NCBI GenBank assembly: GCA_050575255.1
Contig: JBNZDD010013726.1
Span: forward strand, 7,092,236 to 7,156,235
Source: Harriotta raleighana
Taxonomy: Eukaryota
Direction of reading: 5' to 3'
DNA length: 64,000 nt
Made by a program: the position numbers and the translations under genes. The stretch's first letter is position 1. The number at the start of each line of letters is the position of its first letter. The notes under the pieces were generated by a model. It worked only from the letters and a program-made list of their open reading frames with translations. It was not told where the DNA came from and did no database searches. This document shows, one piece after another, positions 53,463 through 64,000 of the stretch.

Positions 53463-55176
53463 CTGAAACATAAATTGGAAGAAAAGTTAATGTTGAATTA
53501 CTTTATCTTAAAAGCAAACATTTTGAGTGACAAGCTAGAATAATATATGGATGTATATATCAATGTATTTTATAAAATAATGTTTTAGAAGTAGGAGAAT
53601 TAGCATGCTTTTATATTTAATTAGCAGGAAGCACTCGTAGAACACGAAAGCTTTCTACCTTAAGGTGATATTGCTGTGCGCAATTGAGTGCCACAATTGC
53701 TAATATCTATTCCTAGCAAGATTTCTGCGTCGATCAACCGAATATTTTAGAAAATAAAATTTGAGAAAATTTGGCACTGCCAGCAAGATGTAAAGCAGAA
53801 GTTTGCAAACTCTTTATTACAGTTTCACTTTGTCAGGCAGAAACGGCAACCAACAGGTGTCACTTCCTAAGATGTGGCCGCAAGTAAAAACAGGGAAGAT
53901 ATAAATCTCAATACTGTATCTGGTAGACAAATAAATTAAAGGGATTATTCTTATTTAACACACCAGAAATGTGAAGTGATGGGTTAAAGCACATAGAATT
54001 TGATGAGGTAAACAAGGCATTTGATGATACAGGTATTCTATTTGATGATAGGTATTCTATCATGTCTATAATGTCACCACTACAGATTTGACTGCAATGA
54101 GGTATTGACCAATTATCATTGGAAACTGCCAGGGATATTTGGTTTAAGAAGTGTTTGCATAACTTGTGGACTGTGTAACTTTTTTTGTGAGTCAGTGATG
54201 CAGTGGTAGTGAGTGATTTGTACTGTTCTTGCAGCCAGGCTTCAGTCAAAAGGCATGGAGAGGTTTGATGATTCCCTAGATGGCAACGGTAGCATGTAGT
54301 TGTTCAATATATTTGGAAAAACATTGTTTGCTTCAGATTCTGTTGACATGTCACAAGTTTGTTGCACCGGGTTTCACATTCCATGCAATCTGCCACACCA
54401 ACCATTTATCACGCACTCCACAAGAACACATATGTTGCATACATTTGCGTTAATCCACATTTTTTCCTTTCCCCCCCCCCCCCATTCAAATATGGGAACT
54501 AAAACTAACAAATCATAAGAAAAAGAAAACTCAGCTTGTGAGGAATTGTAAAGAGGAACCTCCTACTCCTTCCTAGCGCCAGGACTGAAAACCAGAATGA
54601 TGTTTAAAAGAGTCTGCATTGTTTTCCTATTGAGGGGAGGTCACTGATGAGAAAAGCTCCCCTAGTGAAAGGGGCCCCTGGTAGACAGTGCTATGATTAG
54701 ACCGGCCTTCAAACTTCTTGGAACAAAATTAGAAGCCTGTTATTGGCACCTGTTCTCTAGTAAACATCAGTACCTTTTAAGTACTGTAGTTCATAATTAC
54801 TTACAGACAGCTACAGTTAATATATTCTGGCCAAATACAGTCCTTTGTTAATTGATCAAAAAGAAGTTCATTTTCCACTACTCCCCTGAATTTTCTCAAC
54901 ATGGAACCTCCTTGATAATTTCAGACCCACACTCCAGCAACACAGAAACTTTTAATTAACAGCAACAGTTTGTACTTAAAAAGCACCTTTGATGTTGCTA
55001 GGACACTGCAGAGCACTTCACCCATTGGGACTTCCTCTCAAAGTGAAAGGTGCAACACAAACGGAACTGTGTGGTGATTGTATCTGACTGGGAGAGTTTA
55101 GGAAAGTGGGGGCAGGGAGGTGAAGAAATGACTGAAAGCATAGTCTTAATGAAGTTGCAGAGTTTTGTATATCATC

Positions 55177-55330
55177 GAAGCATAGAATCTTACAGCACAA
55201 AAGGGGGCCATTTGGCCCATCAAGTCTGTGTCAGCTCTTTGAAAAGAGCAATTCCATCCCATTCCCCAGCTCTCTCCCCATAACCGCGCAAACCCACCTC
55301 CCCAAATAAATGTCTACCTCTCTTTTAAAC
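55177..55330 (-). mobile_element. CR1 3' end
   Basis: catagaatcttacagcacaaaagggggccatttggcccatc..., similar to 31395-31550. Confidence 0.75.
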
Positions 55331-55433
55331 ATCCAATAACAAGCAGATCCAAAGCAATGCATTAAACATTTATCTTACCCATGTGACTTCCTGGTTTTCA
55401 AAGGAACTCAAATAGCTGGTCTAATTTGAGTAT

Positions 55434-55575
55434 CAACAACAACAACAAAATTACACTTGTACAGCGCCTTTCATGTCAGGAGGACGTCCCAAGGCGCTGG
55501 ACAGTCACTGTGTCAGACCCGAGCTGGGGACGGGGGTGGGGTGGAGGGAAACTGAGGGATTAGGAGTTGCCGATG
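55434..55575 (-). mobile_element. L2 3' end with G-rich (reverse C-rich) UTR
   Basis: (CAA)n aaattacac...agcgcctttcatgtcaggaggacgtcccaaggcgctg. Confidence 0.8.
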
Positions 55576-56127
55576 GAACCATTGAAGAGGACAGTTGTAC
55601 ATTGATCATAAATCCTTATTTGCATGAAATAATTCATTCTATTGTTCTCTATTGTTGCTGACTGCACTGCAAAACGAAATAACCAAGTTCTGAAACAAAC
55701 ATGCATTTACATAAATTTCTAGTTTCCAAACATTTTACTCGCTGCGATGAAGCCTGAATCATGAGTTTACACCATGTGCCAGTGAACTATGGATTACAAA
55801 TTCCTTTGCTAAGCATTACCTAAGCTTGCTTAGCAGGTAATAAATGTATTTGGTCTTCAACACACCCCTAAGACATACAGCATTTTGACAGTGCAATAGC
55901 ACCAGTTGATCATGAGGACAGGAAATTTAATCAATAACAGGAGTACAAGGTCCAAAAGGTAAATGCAAAAGCTATAATCATTTCCAATCATTTTGAAATC
56001 GATAACATTTATAATCAGATCAGGTTCTGGAAACCCTGCCACCAATATAATAATAATAATGATAATAATAATAATCCTTGCATATGATATAATTACTTCG
56101 CTAATCATCATGATATCTCAAAGCGCN

Positions 56128-56430
56128 GATGATAATAATAATAATTCTTGCATATGATATAATTACTTCGCTAATCATCATGATATCTCAAAGCGCTTCA
56201 CACAGGATTTGATTGGATGCATAATAACTGTAGTATAATGACCGTGTATAATGACTGTGTAGACACACGCAGCAGCCAGTTTACACACAACAATGTCTTC
56301 CAAACAGCCAAAAAGTAAATGACCAATTTTATCTGGGGAAATTGTTGACTAGGACCCTTGGAGAAACTCCCTTCTCTTTTTTGAGTAGTACTGTACTATT
56401 AGATCGTCAATATCTACAAGTTGGGACAGG
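56128..56430 (-). mobile_element. Degenerate Deu-domain SINE
   Basis: Reverse tail, gcagcagccagtttacacacaac, and ggacccttggagaaactcccttctcttttt (Deu central motif, also at about 35670-35780). Confidence 0.6.
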
Positions 56431-56725
56431 TGAAAGTGCTACCAACTAAACCAGGATGACACTTGCTGTAGTCAACATCATATAATGTTGATATAGTAAG
56501 TTGTAAGAAAGGCTAGAAGTGAGTAAAAGTGCAAGGTCAGACATCTGCAAAATTTAAAGGAGTCAGTGGTTGGGAGACACCTCTGAGGATTCAAATATGA
56601 CTAATTTCATTTCATGATTTAACAAAGGGTTATGAGCCAAACTGGAAACTGATAGACCAGTCACCTTAACATATCTTTAGGATAAATCATCATAAAGATT
56701 TTGGGGAATCCAAAATCCTTACAAG

Positions 56726-56790
56726 CAACAACAACAACAACTTTGATTTATATAGCACCCTCCACGTCGGGTGGCGTCTCAGAGCGCTTA
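56726..56790 (-). mobile_element. L2 3' end abutting a SINE
   Basis: (CAA)n ctttgatttatatagcaccctccacgtcgggtggcgtc. Confidence 0.6.
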
Positions 56791-56797
56791 AGTGACA

Positions 56798-57047
56798 TGG
56801 GTTCGATTCAAGGCAGGGCTAAACCTTGGGCAAGTTTCCTTACTCCACGTGCCTGGTAATAATCCCTCAAGAAAAAAAACGGTGATAAATTAGTCATTTC
56901 AATCCACGGCTGTTTGTGGGACACTGCTGCGTGCAATTGGCTGCCAAGTTTCACCCACAAGTATGCAGTCAGTATATTCTGTAAAGCTCTTGGTGACATC
57001 TGGAAGATGAGATATCAAATGCAAGGGTTATTTTATTATTAATAATA
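56798..57047 (+). mobile_element. SINE family A, lacking the A-box half of the head
   Basis: gggttcgattcaaggcagggctaaaccttgggcaagtttcc through to the tail. Confidence 0.85.
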
Positions 57048-57751
57048 AGATGAGTTGCCAATTTATTTGAATTTGCGGGCAAATTTGGACGAGGACAGTG
57101 TGAGCACTTAGGAGTTGCCTAATGCTTGTATGTACCAATTTCTAGGTCTCCCTATATCCTCCCAAACATCCCAGCTGTGACACAATCCTTCTAACAATTG
57201 TCACCATGTTTGTAATTGCACTTTGTATTCCTTGGTGACTTTTGCTTCATCTTCCACATATTGCTTTCCTAATTAAGCAGAAAGTATATTTTGAACTAGG
57301 CTCAGTGCTGTCTGTGTAAAGAAGACCTGGATTCCTTATTATACTCCTGCCTGTGGATGTCTGAGTCTCTCTTACTAATGCATTTAATATAATTTGTATG
57401 AACTAACTACAAAACCATTTAATTTGCCTCAGTTAACTTTCTTTTGAAGTGGATTCTCAGAGGATTTCCTTTTCCTGCCTAGACTCTTATGCTAAAGTGA
57501 CTAACTGTCTGAAGAGAATACCCACCAATATCATAATACTGTACTTCGTGTTAAACTTCAAATGGGTTCTATATATGTTACTATATAAGAATATAAAAAC
57601 AGATTTTAACATGATCTAATACATCATTGAATCCAGACAAACCACAATTTGCTATGAAGATCTGATTATTTTCAGTTTAATGCACGTGAGCTAGCCAGTC
57701 CAGACATTTTATAAAGCAGCCTTTAGAAAATGAACTACTTTGGTGTTGATA

Positions 57752-58024
57752 ACACAGAGGAGATTTTTTTAATAGGTGGCTTAAGTTACTCCTGTAGTAT
57801 TTAAACTTACTAAACAATAAATAAAGTGTCACTCGTTCCCTGTTTTGAACTCGTTTCACTGTTTTAGCCCACATCTCACAGGATTATCCAACATCCAAAA
57901 TCAAGAACTACTAACATAAACAACAAAACTCACTTTAGACATTGTGAGTATTGTATTTATGTTTAGTAAGTTTAAATACTACAGGAGTAACTTAAACCAC
58001 CTATTAAAAAAGTCTCCTCTGTGT
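57752..58024. repeat. Long inverted repeat: ~72 bp arms (57752-57823 and 57954-58024), ~130 bp spacer
   Basis: The arms are reverse complements with two substitutions and one single-base indel by eye. Confidence 0.9.
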
Positions 58025-58151
58025 CCTTTATAAAGGTGGATCAATCGTTTCACCACACTTCTTTTCACATTTGAGATGTGGGACTAAATTCACCCTGATT
58101 GATGAAATCTTTTCGTGCTAGCCAGCAGGTGGAGCATTTAGATAGATGTTC

Positions 58152-58180
58152 TGTGGAATGTGGAATGAATTGTGGAATGT
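58152..58180 (+). promoter_or_regulatory. Cluster of three TGTGGAATG (TEAD/MCAT-like) motifs
   Basis: tgtggaatgtggaatgaattgtggaatgt. Motif match only. Confidence 0.3.
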
Positions 58181-61100
58181 CTTACACAGTATCTCTCAGG
58201 AAAGTGTCCGTGGAGCAGCGGCATCAAAATATAGGCTCTAGGTGGCCCATGGGAACTTGGATTTCTTAAAAGTGGATTTCTTAGGATTCACACCAGCCCA
58301 TGGGCACTCCATTCCACCAGTAAATCACAGTGGAGCAGCATTTCCATGGGATGAAGTGACAAACCTCTTGTTATTAGAAGGAGCAACCTTAACATAACAA
58401 TATATGTGATTCGGATTACAGTGGTTATTAAATAATTTAAGAAATAAATATAAATTATACCATAATTACTCACTTGCCCATGAATCTAAACAAATTGAAA
58501 TTGCCCGAGCATGCTAAATTTGATATTTCAGAGTAACCTGCAACATTTGAATACAAAAACATACAAAGGAAGAGAACTAAACCAGCATATGCGTACAGAA
58601 TGATTTGCTTTCTTTAAACTTCACAAAACTACACTATATTCAATTTAATGTTAGACCAATCCCAATTTCCACTTCTTTCACTTTTGCATGCTGCACACAA
58701 CCTTTGCATGTTATTGTCTATAATAATCCTTGCATTTGCATTTTTATACAGTGCCTTATCATGTTGTCACAAACACTTCACAGGATACACGGCCATGTAG
58801 CATGCCCGTGTGCATGTTCTTGATATAGAATATTCATTAATCAGCCTCAAACCTCTTTCTTCTGTCACATCACGATTACATTTACTCAAGCGAAAGTTTC
58901 ACAGTCAGGGAAACACATTAGATGTCTAAAACTGTTCCTTCTTACTGTAACTATTACATGCAGTCGAATGGAATGGAAAAACGAGGGAGATAAGTGAGAA
59001 GGCAACGGCTGTTATTCATTTTAGCAAGAAGGAAGAAAACTGATTAATGAATAGTAATGAGCACAGTCTGTACTGTATGCTCAAAAGAAATCCTTGCTGA
59101 GACAAGAACTAACTATGAAACTCTCTTCAAACATTATACACTACAGTATTGACAACAAGCACCCACTTGTGTGGAATACAAGCTTCCCACTGACAGCAAT
59201 TTTTCATTAACAGCAGAATGGTTTACTTACAGAGTCTGCATGAATACGAGTCCTTAGATATAAACACCAGAAACATGAATGAAGCATGTTAAACAAAATA
59301 GGTTCCCTCGGGTAAAATCCTTACATTATAAATCACAAAGCATAGATTTCATGTTATCTTAAGAAACATTAGGGATGGAGCATACTGATCCTGAGTTAAA
59401 ATCTGCAAGTACTGTACTCTATAAATTTACTGCACTAAACACAATTAACAGTGTGCCCTTGCGCTCATTCTCACTGAATGTTATGTTCTAAAATACCATT
59501 GTAAGTTTGTGCCATTTGTCAGTGCGTTGTGTATCTAACAAAAGAAATGACTCAAAGTAAACCAGTCATCAGCCTCATGGCTTTGTTGACTCTTATCACA
59601 TCCCATTCACATGTGTCTACGTAACACTGTCCCTCACTTCAGTAAATTAAACAGAGTATTACAGTGTGTAGATTGGGCCATTTCCACAACTTGAAATGTG
59701 AACATAGCCATCTGGTCTGCACTTTATTATCAACTGAGGAGGATTCATCGAGCAAAAAAAATATTTCCACAAGATAGCGAGGGAACTCAGAACCTTATCA
59801 GAGATTGCTGGGCATATTTAGCAGCATGGTTAACTACCTTAAACCAGGATTGAATCACACATTGAAACCATACCATTTACAACAGTTGCTAAGTCACTTC
59901 TTTATATATTAGCCGAGTGTGAACATTAGAAATCTTTTTCTCCAAGTTCGCACAACATTAAGACTTGTAGCATTTTGTTGAATTCATTCCTAACTCCTAT
60001 CATACTATAATTTCCCATAGCCTTTTTGTCATTTAACTCCTTGTCATTGCAATATCAGCGTTCAAACATTCTGCATTGGTTTTGACGTTGTGTTGTAAAT
60101 GACCCTCAACAATCTATTTCTGAATCATCAATAGAAATTGTCACTCAAATCAATTTAGATGGAAACCAGTTATGCGCAAAATCATATCCCTTAAATGGGT
60201 ATGCAGTATAGACCTTTCTCTACGGTTTTACTAATCAGTGATTTTTGTGGCATAATGCTGTACTACAATATAAATTTGGATATATGGACTGACAGACATC
60301 TGAATATTCGCACAAGTCTAGCTAGGTAGGTCTGTGTTGAATCAGCACTATGTTTTCAGCTATTTCTTGATTGAATGTTTCTGGATTTATGGCATAAATT
60401 CCGAAATATTCAATCCAGAAAAATTTATTTTGTTGACTGTCCAACAAGCTTAGCCACCACTGTTTTCCTATGTACACTGCAAGCTTTTTTTATTCGTCTT
60501 GCCCACACATCTGGTTTTCACTGCTAAATTAACAATTCACTGTAAAACTAGAAGTAAAAACAGAATAAATACGAGTACTTTCTGTCTCACCTTTGCACCA
60601 GGCCCTTATATTAAGGTAGCCAACTTGTTGCTATAAACAAGCTGAATTATCAGAAAGCGAAAAGATAAACCAATGACTTTGACTTGGAAAAAGTCAATTC
60701 AGTGATGTGTACCTCTACTGTCCAACACTATCTTGTTTTAATGCTGTCTTCTCTGTTGCTTGAGTCACTTTATATGATGCACTACAGCTGACAGAACAGT
60801 TTTGTCCTGACCATGGGCTTACCAAGGACTACACTTAATGTCACTGTGACTGAATAGCCAAGTGTGGCTTTCTATAACAGCCAAGTGACCCAGTTAACCT
60901 TTTTTCCACCCTCTCCAAAAGTTGTGTATCGTACCTTTGCAAAAAAGCCCCATTCAAAAAGTCATATAACTAAAGTATCACATAATACTTGGTGCTGAAA
61001 AGTTGGATGGCAATGAACACTCCAACAGCAAGGAAGCTATTTCCAAATTCGGGTTGTATATTTTATTTTAAATTTCTATCTGAGACCAGCTTCTCCAAAC

Positions 61101-61825
61101 AATATGGTGCGTGCTTGAACACTCCTCCTGTACCAAACTGTCTCGGACAAAAACTGTGGAAAACATATTCCCACAGTAGTATTCCTAGTACAGTCGTTTA
61201 CTGATTAAATCATGCCAAATTCCTTTAGCAACAGTAGCTCAAGTGAGAGAATAACTGCAGCTGTTGGGAAAATTAACAAACTTGAGCTTTTTACACATGG
61301 TCTGCGATTGCCTGTTTTTGTCAGACGAGAGAGAATACCGAGGATGGAAGTTATAGTTTAAGTTGAACAAGTTCATCACAAATATTTTATTACTATACCT
61401 GAATCCCCAAATTGGGCTGTAATCGTGAAATTATTTCAAGATTTTTTTTCTTTTCAAATGTTTTGTCCTTATGTTATCAGGCTGAAGTGAATTGCTTTGG
61501 AAACTGGTCATAACATGAGTATCGTATTGTGACGTATTTCCTCACACACATTCCTGTGCCAAAGCTTCAGTCACTTAACCTTGAGAGCTTTCAAACATCC
61601 ATATAAATGCAATCATATAACAGGCACTTTCATAAAGGTTAGACTGATCCACATATTCTAACACTCAATATGTATAATGTGCCTACTCAAAAATTTTGAA
61701 CGTAAAAATGTACTTCATTGTCTCACTCGCACTATTCATATGAATATCTGTTGGATGGTGAAAACATGAACAAAACAGGCCGATGTAAGTCAGTCAACAC
61801 AATGCACAGTATCAGAATGTGTTGG

Positions 61826-62077
61826 CATTCTGTTATTACAGTATCTATTATTACTGTATTTAGTCTTTTATTTATATGGTGCAGTGTACAACATTACAAT
61901 ACAGTACCCATACAATATTCTGTTAATATTTATTTATTTAGTCCATTATTAATATGGTATGTGTTAAAAAAAAATATTTGTGTTGGGTTTTTGCCGTCGA
62001 ATCCGATCGTTTAACCAGCAGCTGTTTAACTGGCATTGGCCAGGTCCCTCGGGTGCCGGATAAACGGGCTTTTACTG
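61826..62077 (+). mobile_element. Tigger/pogo-type non-autonomous DNA transposon, right part
   Basis: Ends tgccggataaacgggcttttactg|TA, the inverted counterpart of the 49228 terminus; internal match to 49480-49670. Confidence 0.75.
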
Positions 62078-62199
62078 TATTATTACTAACCCACTTTAAA
62101 CAAATTTATACTGGGTAACTAATTAAGTTGATTTGCAGTCTACTTGCATCATTGCACAACAGAGGTTATGTTCAATCTAACTATCTAATCATGAAAATT

Positions 62200-62328
62200 A
62201 TTTCGGGCATTTCGCCAAAAAGGAAAATTGAAAGTCAATTCAATTTATAGTATATTCTGTGAAGCACTTTGAGACATCTTAAAGATGTGAGAAGGTGCTG
62301 TATCAAATGCAGGGATTATTATTATTAA
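62200..62328 (+). mobile_element. SINE family A 3' fragment
   Basis: gtcaattc...ttctgtgaagcactttgagacatc...aaatgcagggattattattatt. Confidence 0.75.
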
Positions 62329-62769
62329 GATGTGAGAACACTTTAACTCTCTAGAAAAATTGAGACTCAACAAAGCACTGGACACAATATAGTTGGAGTA
62401 CGCATTAAGTTCCTCCAACTCTGTTCAGATCATAACAAACAGCTACAGTCTTGCTAGAAGTTGCAGAAAGGAGCACAAGATTAATCCCTGGTGCAAAAGC
62501 TTTGTGTTTATCCCTCTCTGTGTCTTCCTCCTCTCTTTATCTGTTTGTCTGTCTGCCCGCCTCCCTCCATCTCACTCTCTTCTTTCCTTTCCCCCCACTT
62601 TCTCAATGCATTGTCTCTCTATTCCCTACTTGCTCTGATGACATCATCAGTTTGATGTCGCAAAACACCCCTTTCCAACTAAAAATAAACAACCTTATGA
62701 AAGTTCTAAAATCACTTTTATGAAACACAAACAGAATCGAGGCCAATCCTATATTTTAAAAAGTGAATT

Positions 62770-62830
62770 CAACAATAACAACAACATAATCACATTTGTA
62801 TATCGCCTTTCATGTCAGGAGGATGTCCCA
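62770..62830 (-). mobile_element. L2 3' end
   Basis: caacaataacaacaac...cgcctttcatgtcaggaggatgtccca. Confidence 0.7.
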
Positions 62831-64000
62831 AAAAGATGTCCAGTTAGAATAGTATAGATAGTGTTATACAATTTAAATTTAAGAAGAATGGCGAGGGTGA
62901 CATATACTTAATCCATTTAAAAACAGATATTAGGATTACCCCAATGAGTGAAATGGAACTATCTGCCAGGTTAAGCAATAAGAGCAAACCAAAAATGCTA
63001 AATAGTATTGGTTAACCTGGGGGTAATAAAGAACTAAGCTTAATGACTGGGAGTAAATCTGTTTGAAAGGTGGTAATACTCAAAGTTATGTAGTGCTAAC
63101 CGCAATGGAGTTTCTTTCGAACAGGTTAAGGTGACTGTGATATCTGGGGCCTGAAGTCATGTTAACCTGCCAAAACAGCAACTCCCTACAATTATCTTAA
63201 CAAAGTATGGCCAGTGAGCAAATTATTCCATTTAATTTCAAAACAATTGAGTTAAATTAAATTGGGTAGACACAATTCAGATAACGTTGGAAAATGATCT
63301 ACATTTCAAATCCAACAATAAATTGATAGTAACTAGGCAACTTCATTCACAGGTCATAAAGTAGAACTTGAAATGTCAAAATGTAGATAAGGAGCTCTCC
63401 TAATATTACCTCTCCTGATCCAACACTATGTAGATAAGATGATGTATTGACATTATACTGTACTGTGCTGGCAGAGAGCTCTCATCATTTTACACCTTGC
63501 AGTTGGAGACACTGCAGAAGGAATATGATGCGTCTTCAAACGGCAAAAGGTACAACTTTTACACTTTATTTGTTGATCGATTGTATGGAGGAAAGTAGTT
63601 CTATCAGGTACAAAATCTAGAACACCAATATTTGCACTTAAAAAAACTTGCAAAATATTGCATTTTATCTTGTGCACGGACATTGGGAAGCTTTTATTGG
63701 GTTGAAATGGAGAAAGCATTGTAAAAGCAGAGATAACCTTTTTAATTGTCCGTAAGCTTTGACATCTCTTGAAGGAGATCATCTTGGCAAAACATTAATT
63801 TGACAACTCTTTGGAGACAATTAAAACAAACTAACGCCAGATATCAGAGTTCTCCACTTATGATAACATGATTAAGGAAAGGGGTGTATAAACCAGGTTT
63901 CCTGTTTCAAATCATTTTACTGAAGGAAGCGATATTCATAATATTGGTCAAAATGATCAAACCAGGTTTACAATTTTCTTAACTGTGTTTTTATAATTCT

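Noticed and set aside
1-64000. CRISPR array, operon or prokaryotic defence-type system
   Set aside because: The sequence is eukaryotic intronic DNA. The recurring motifs are dispersed retroposon ends, not regularly spaced repeats.

Overview
AT-rich vertebrate genomic DNA. The repeat content (tRNA/Deu-domain SINEs, L2 and CR1 ends) suggests a cartilaginous fish; this is inferred. One protein-coding feature is well supported: the large first coding exon of PLCE1 (phospholipase C epsilon 1) on the minus strand (exon about 53462-51826, phase-0 donor). The rest looks like PLCE1 intron, 5'-UTR intron to the right and a long downstream intron to the left; I did not find the next PLCE1 exon. The introns hold many copies of a ~310-340 bp tRNA-headed SINE, L2 3' ends, CR1 3' fragments, older degenerate SINE-like repeats and two halves of a Tigger/pogo-type non-autonomous element. 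All seven single 'n' bases sit between short near-identical duplications that look like assembly artefacts. The best leads are a candidate alternative phase-0 first coding exon of PLCE1 (44856-45011), a ~72 bp inverted repeat (57752-58024) beside a triple TEAD motif, a tiny uORF overlapping the first in-frame PLCE1 ATG, and an inverted SINE pair. I found no convincing novel multi-gene system. Repeat boundaries are approximate and family names come from recalled consensus features, not a database search.
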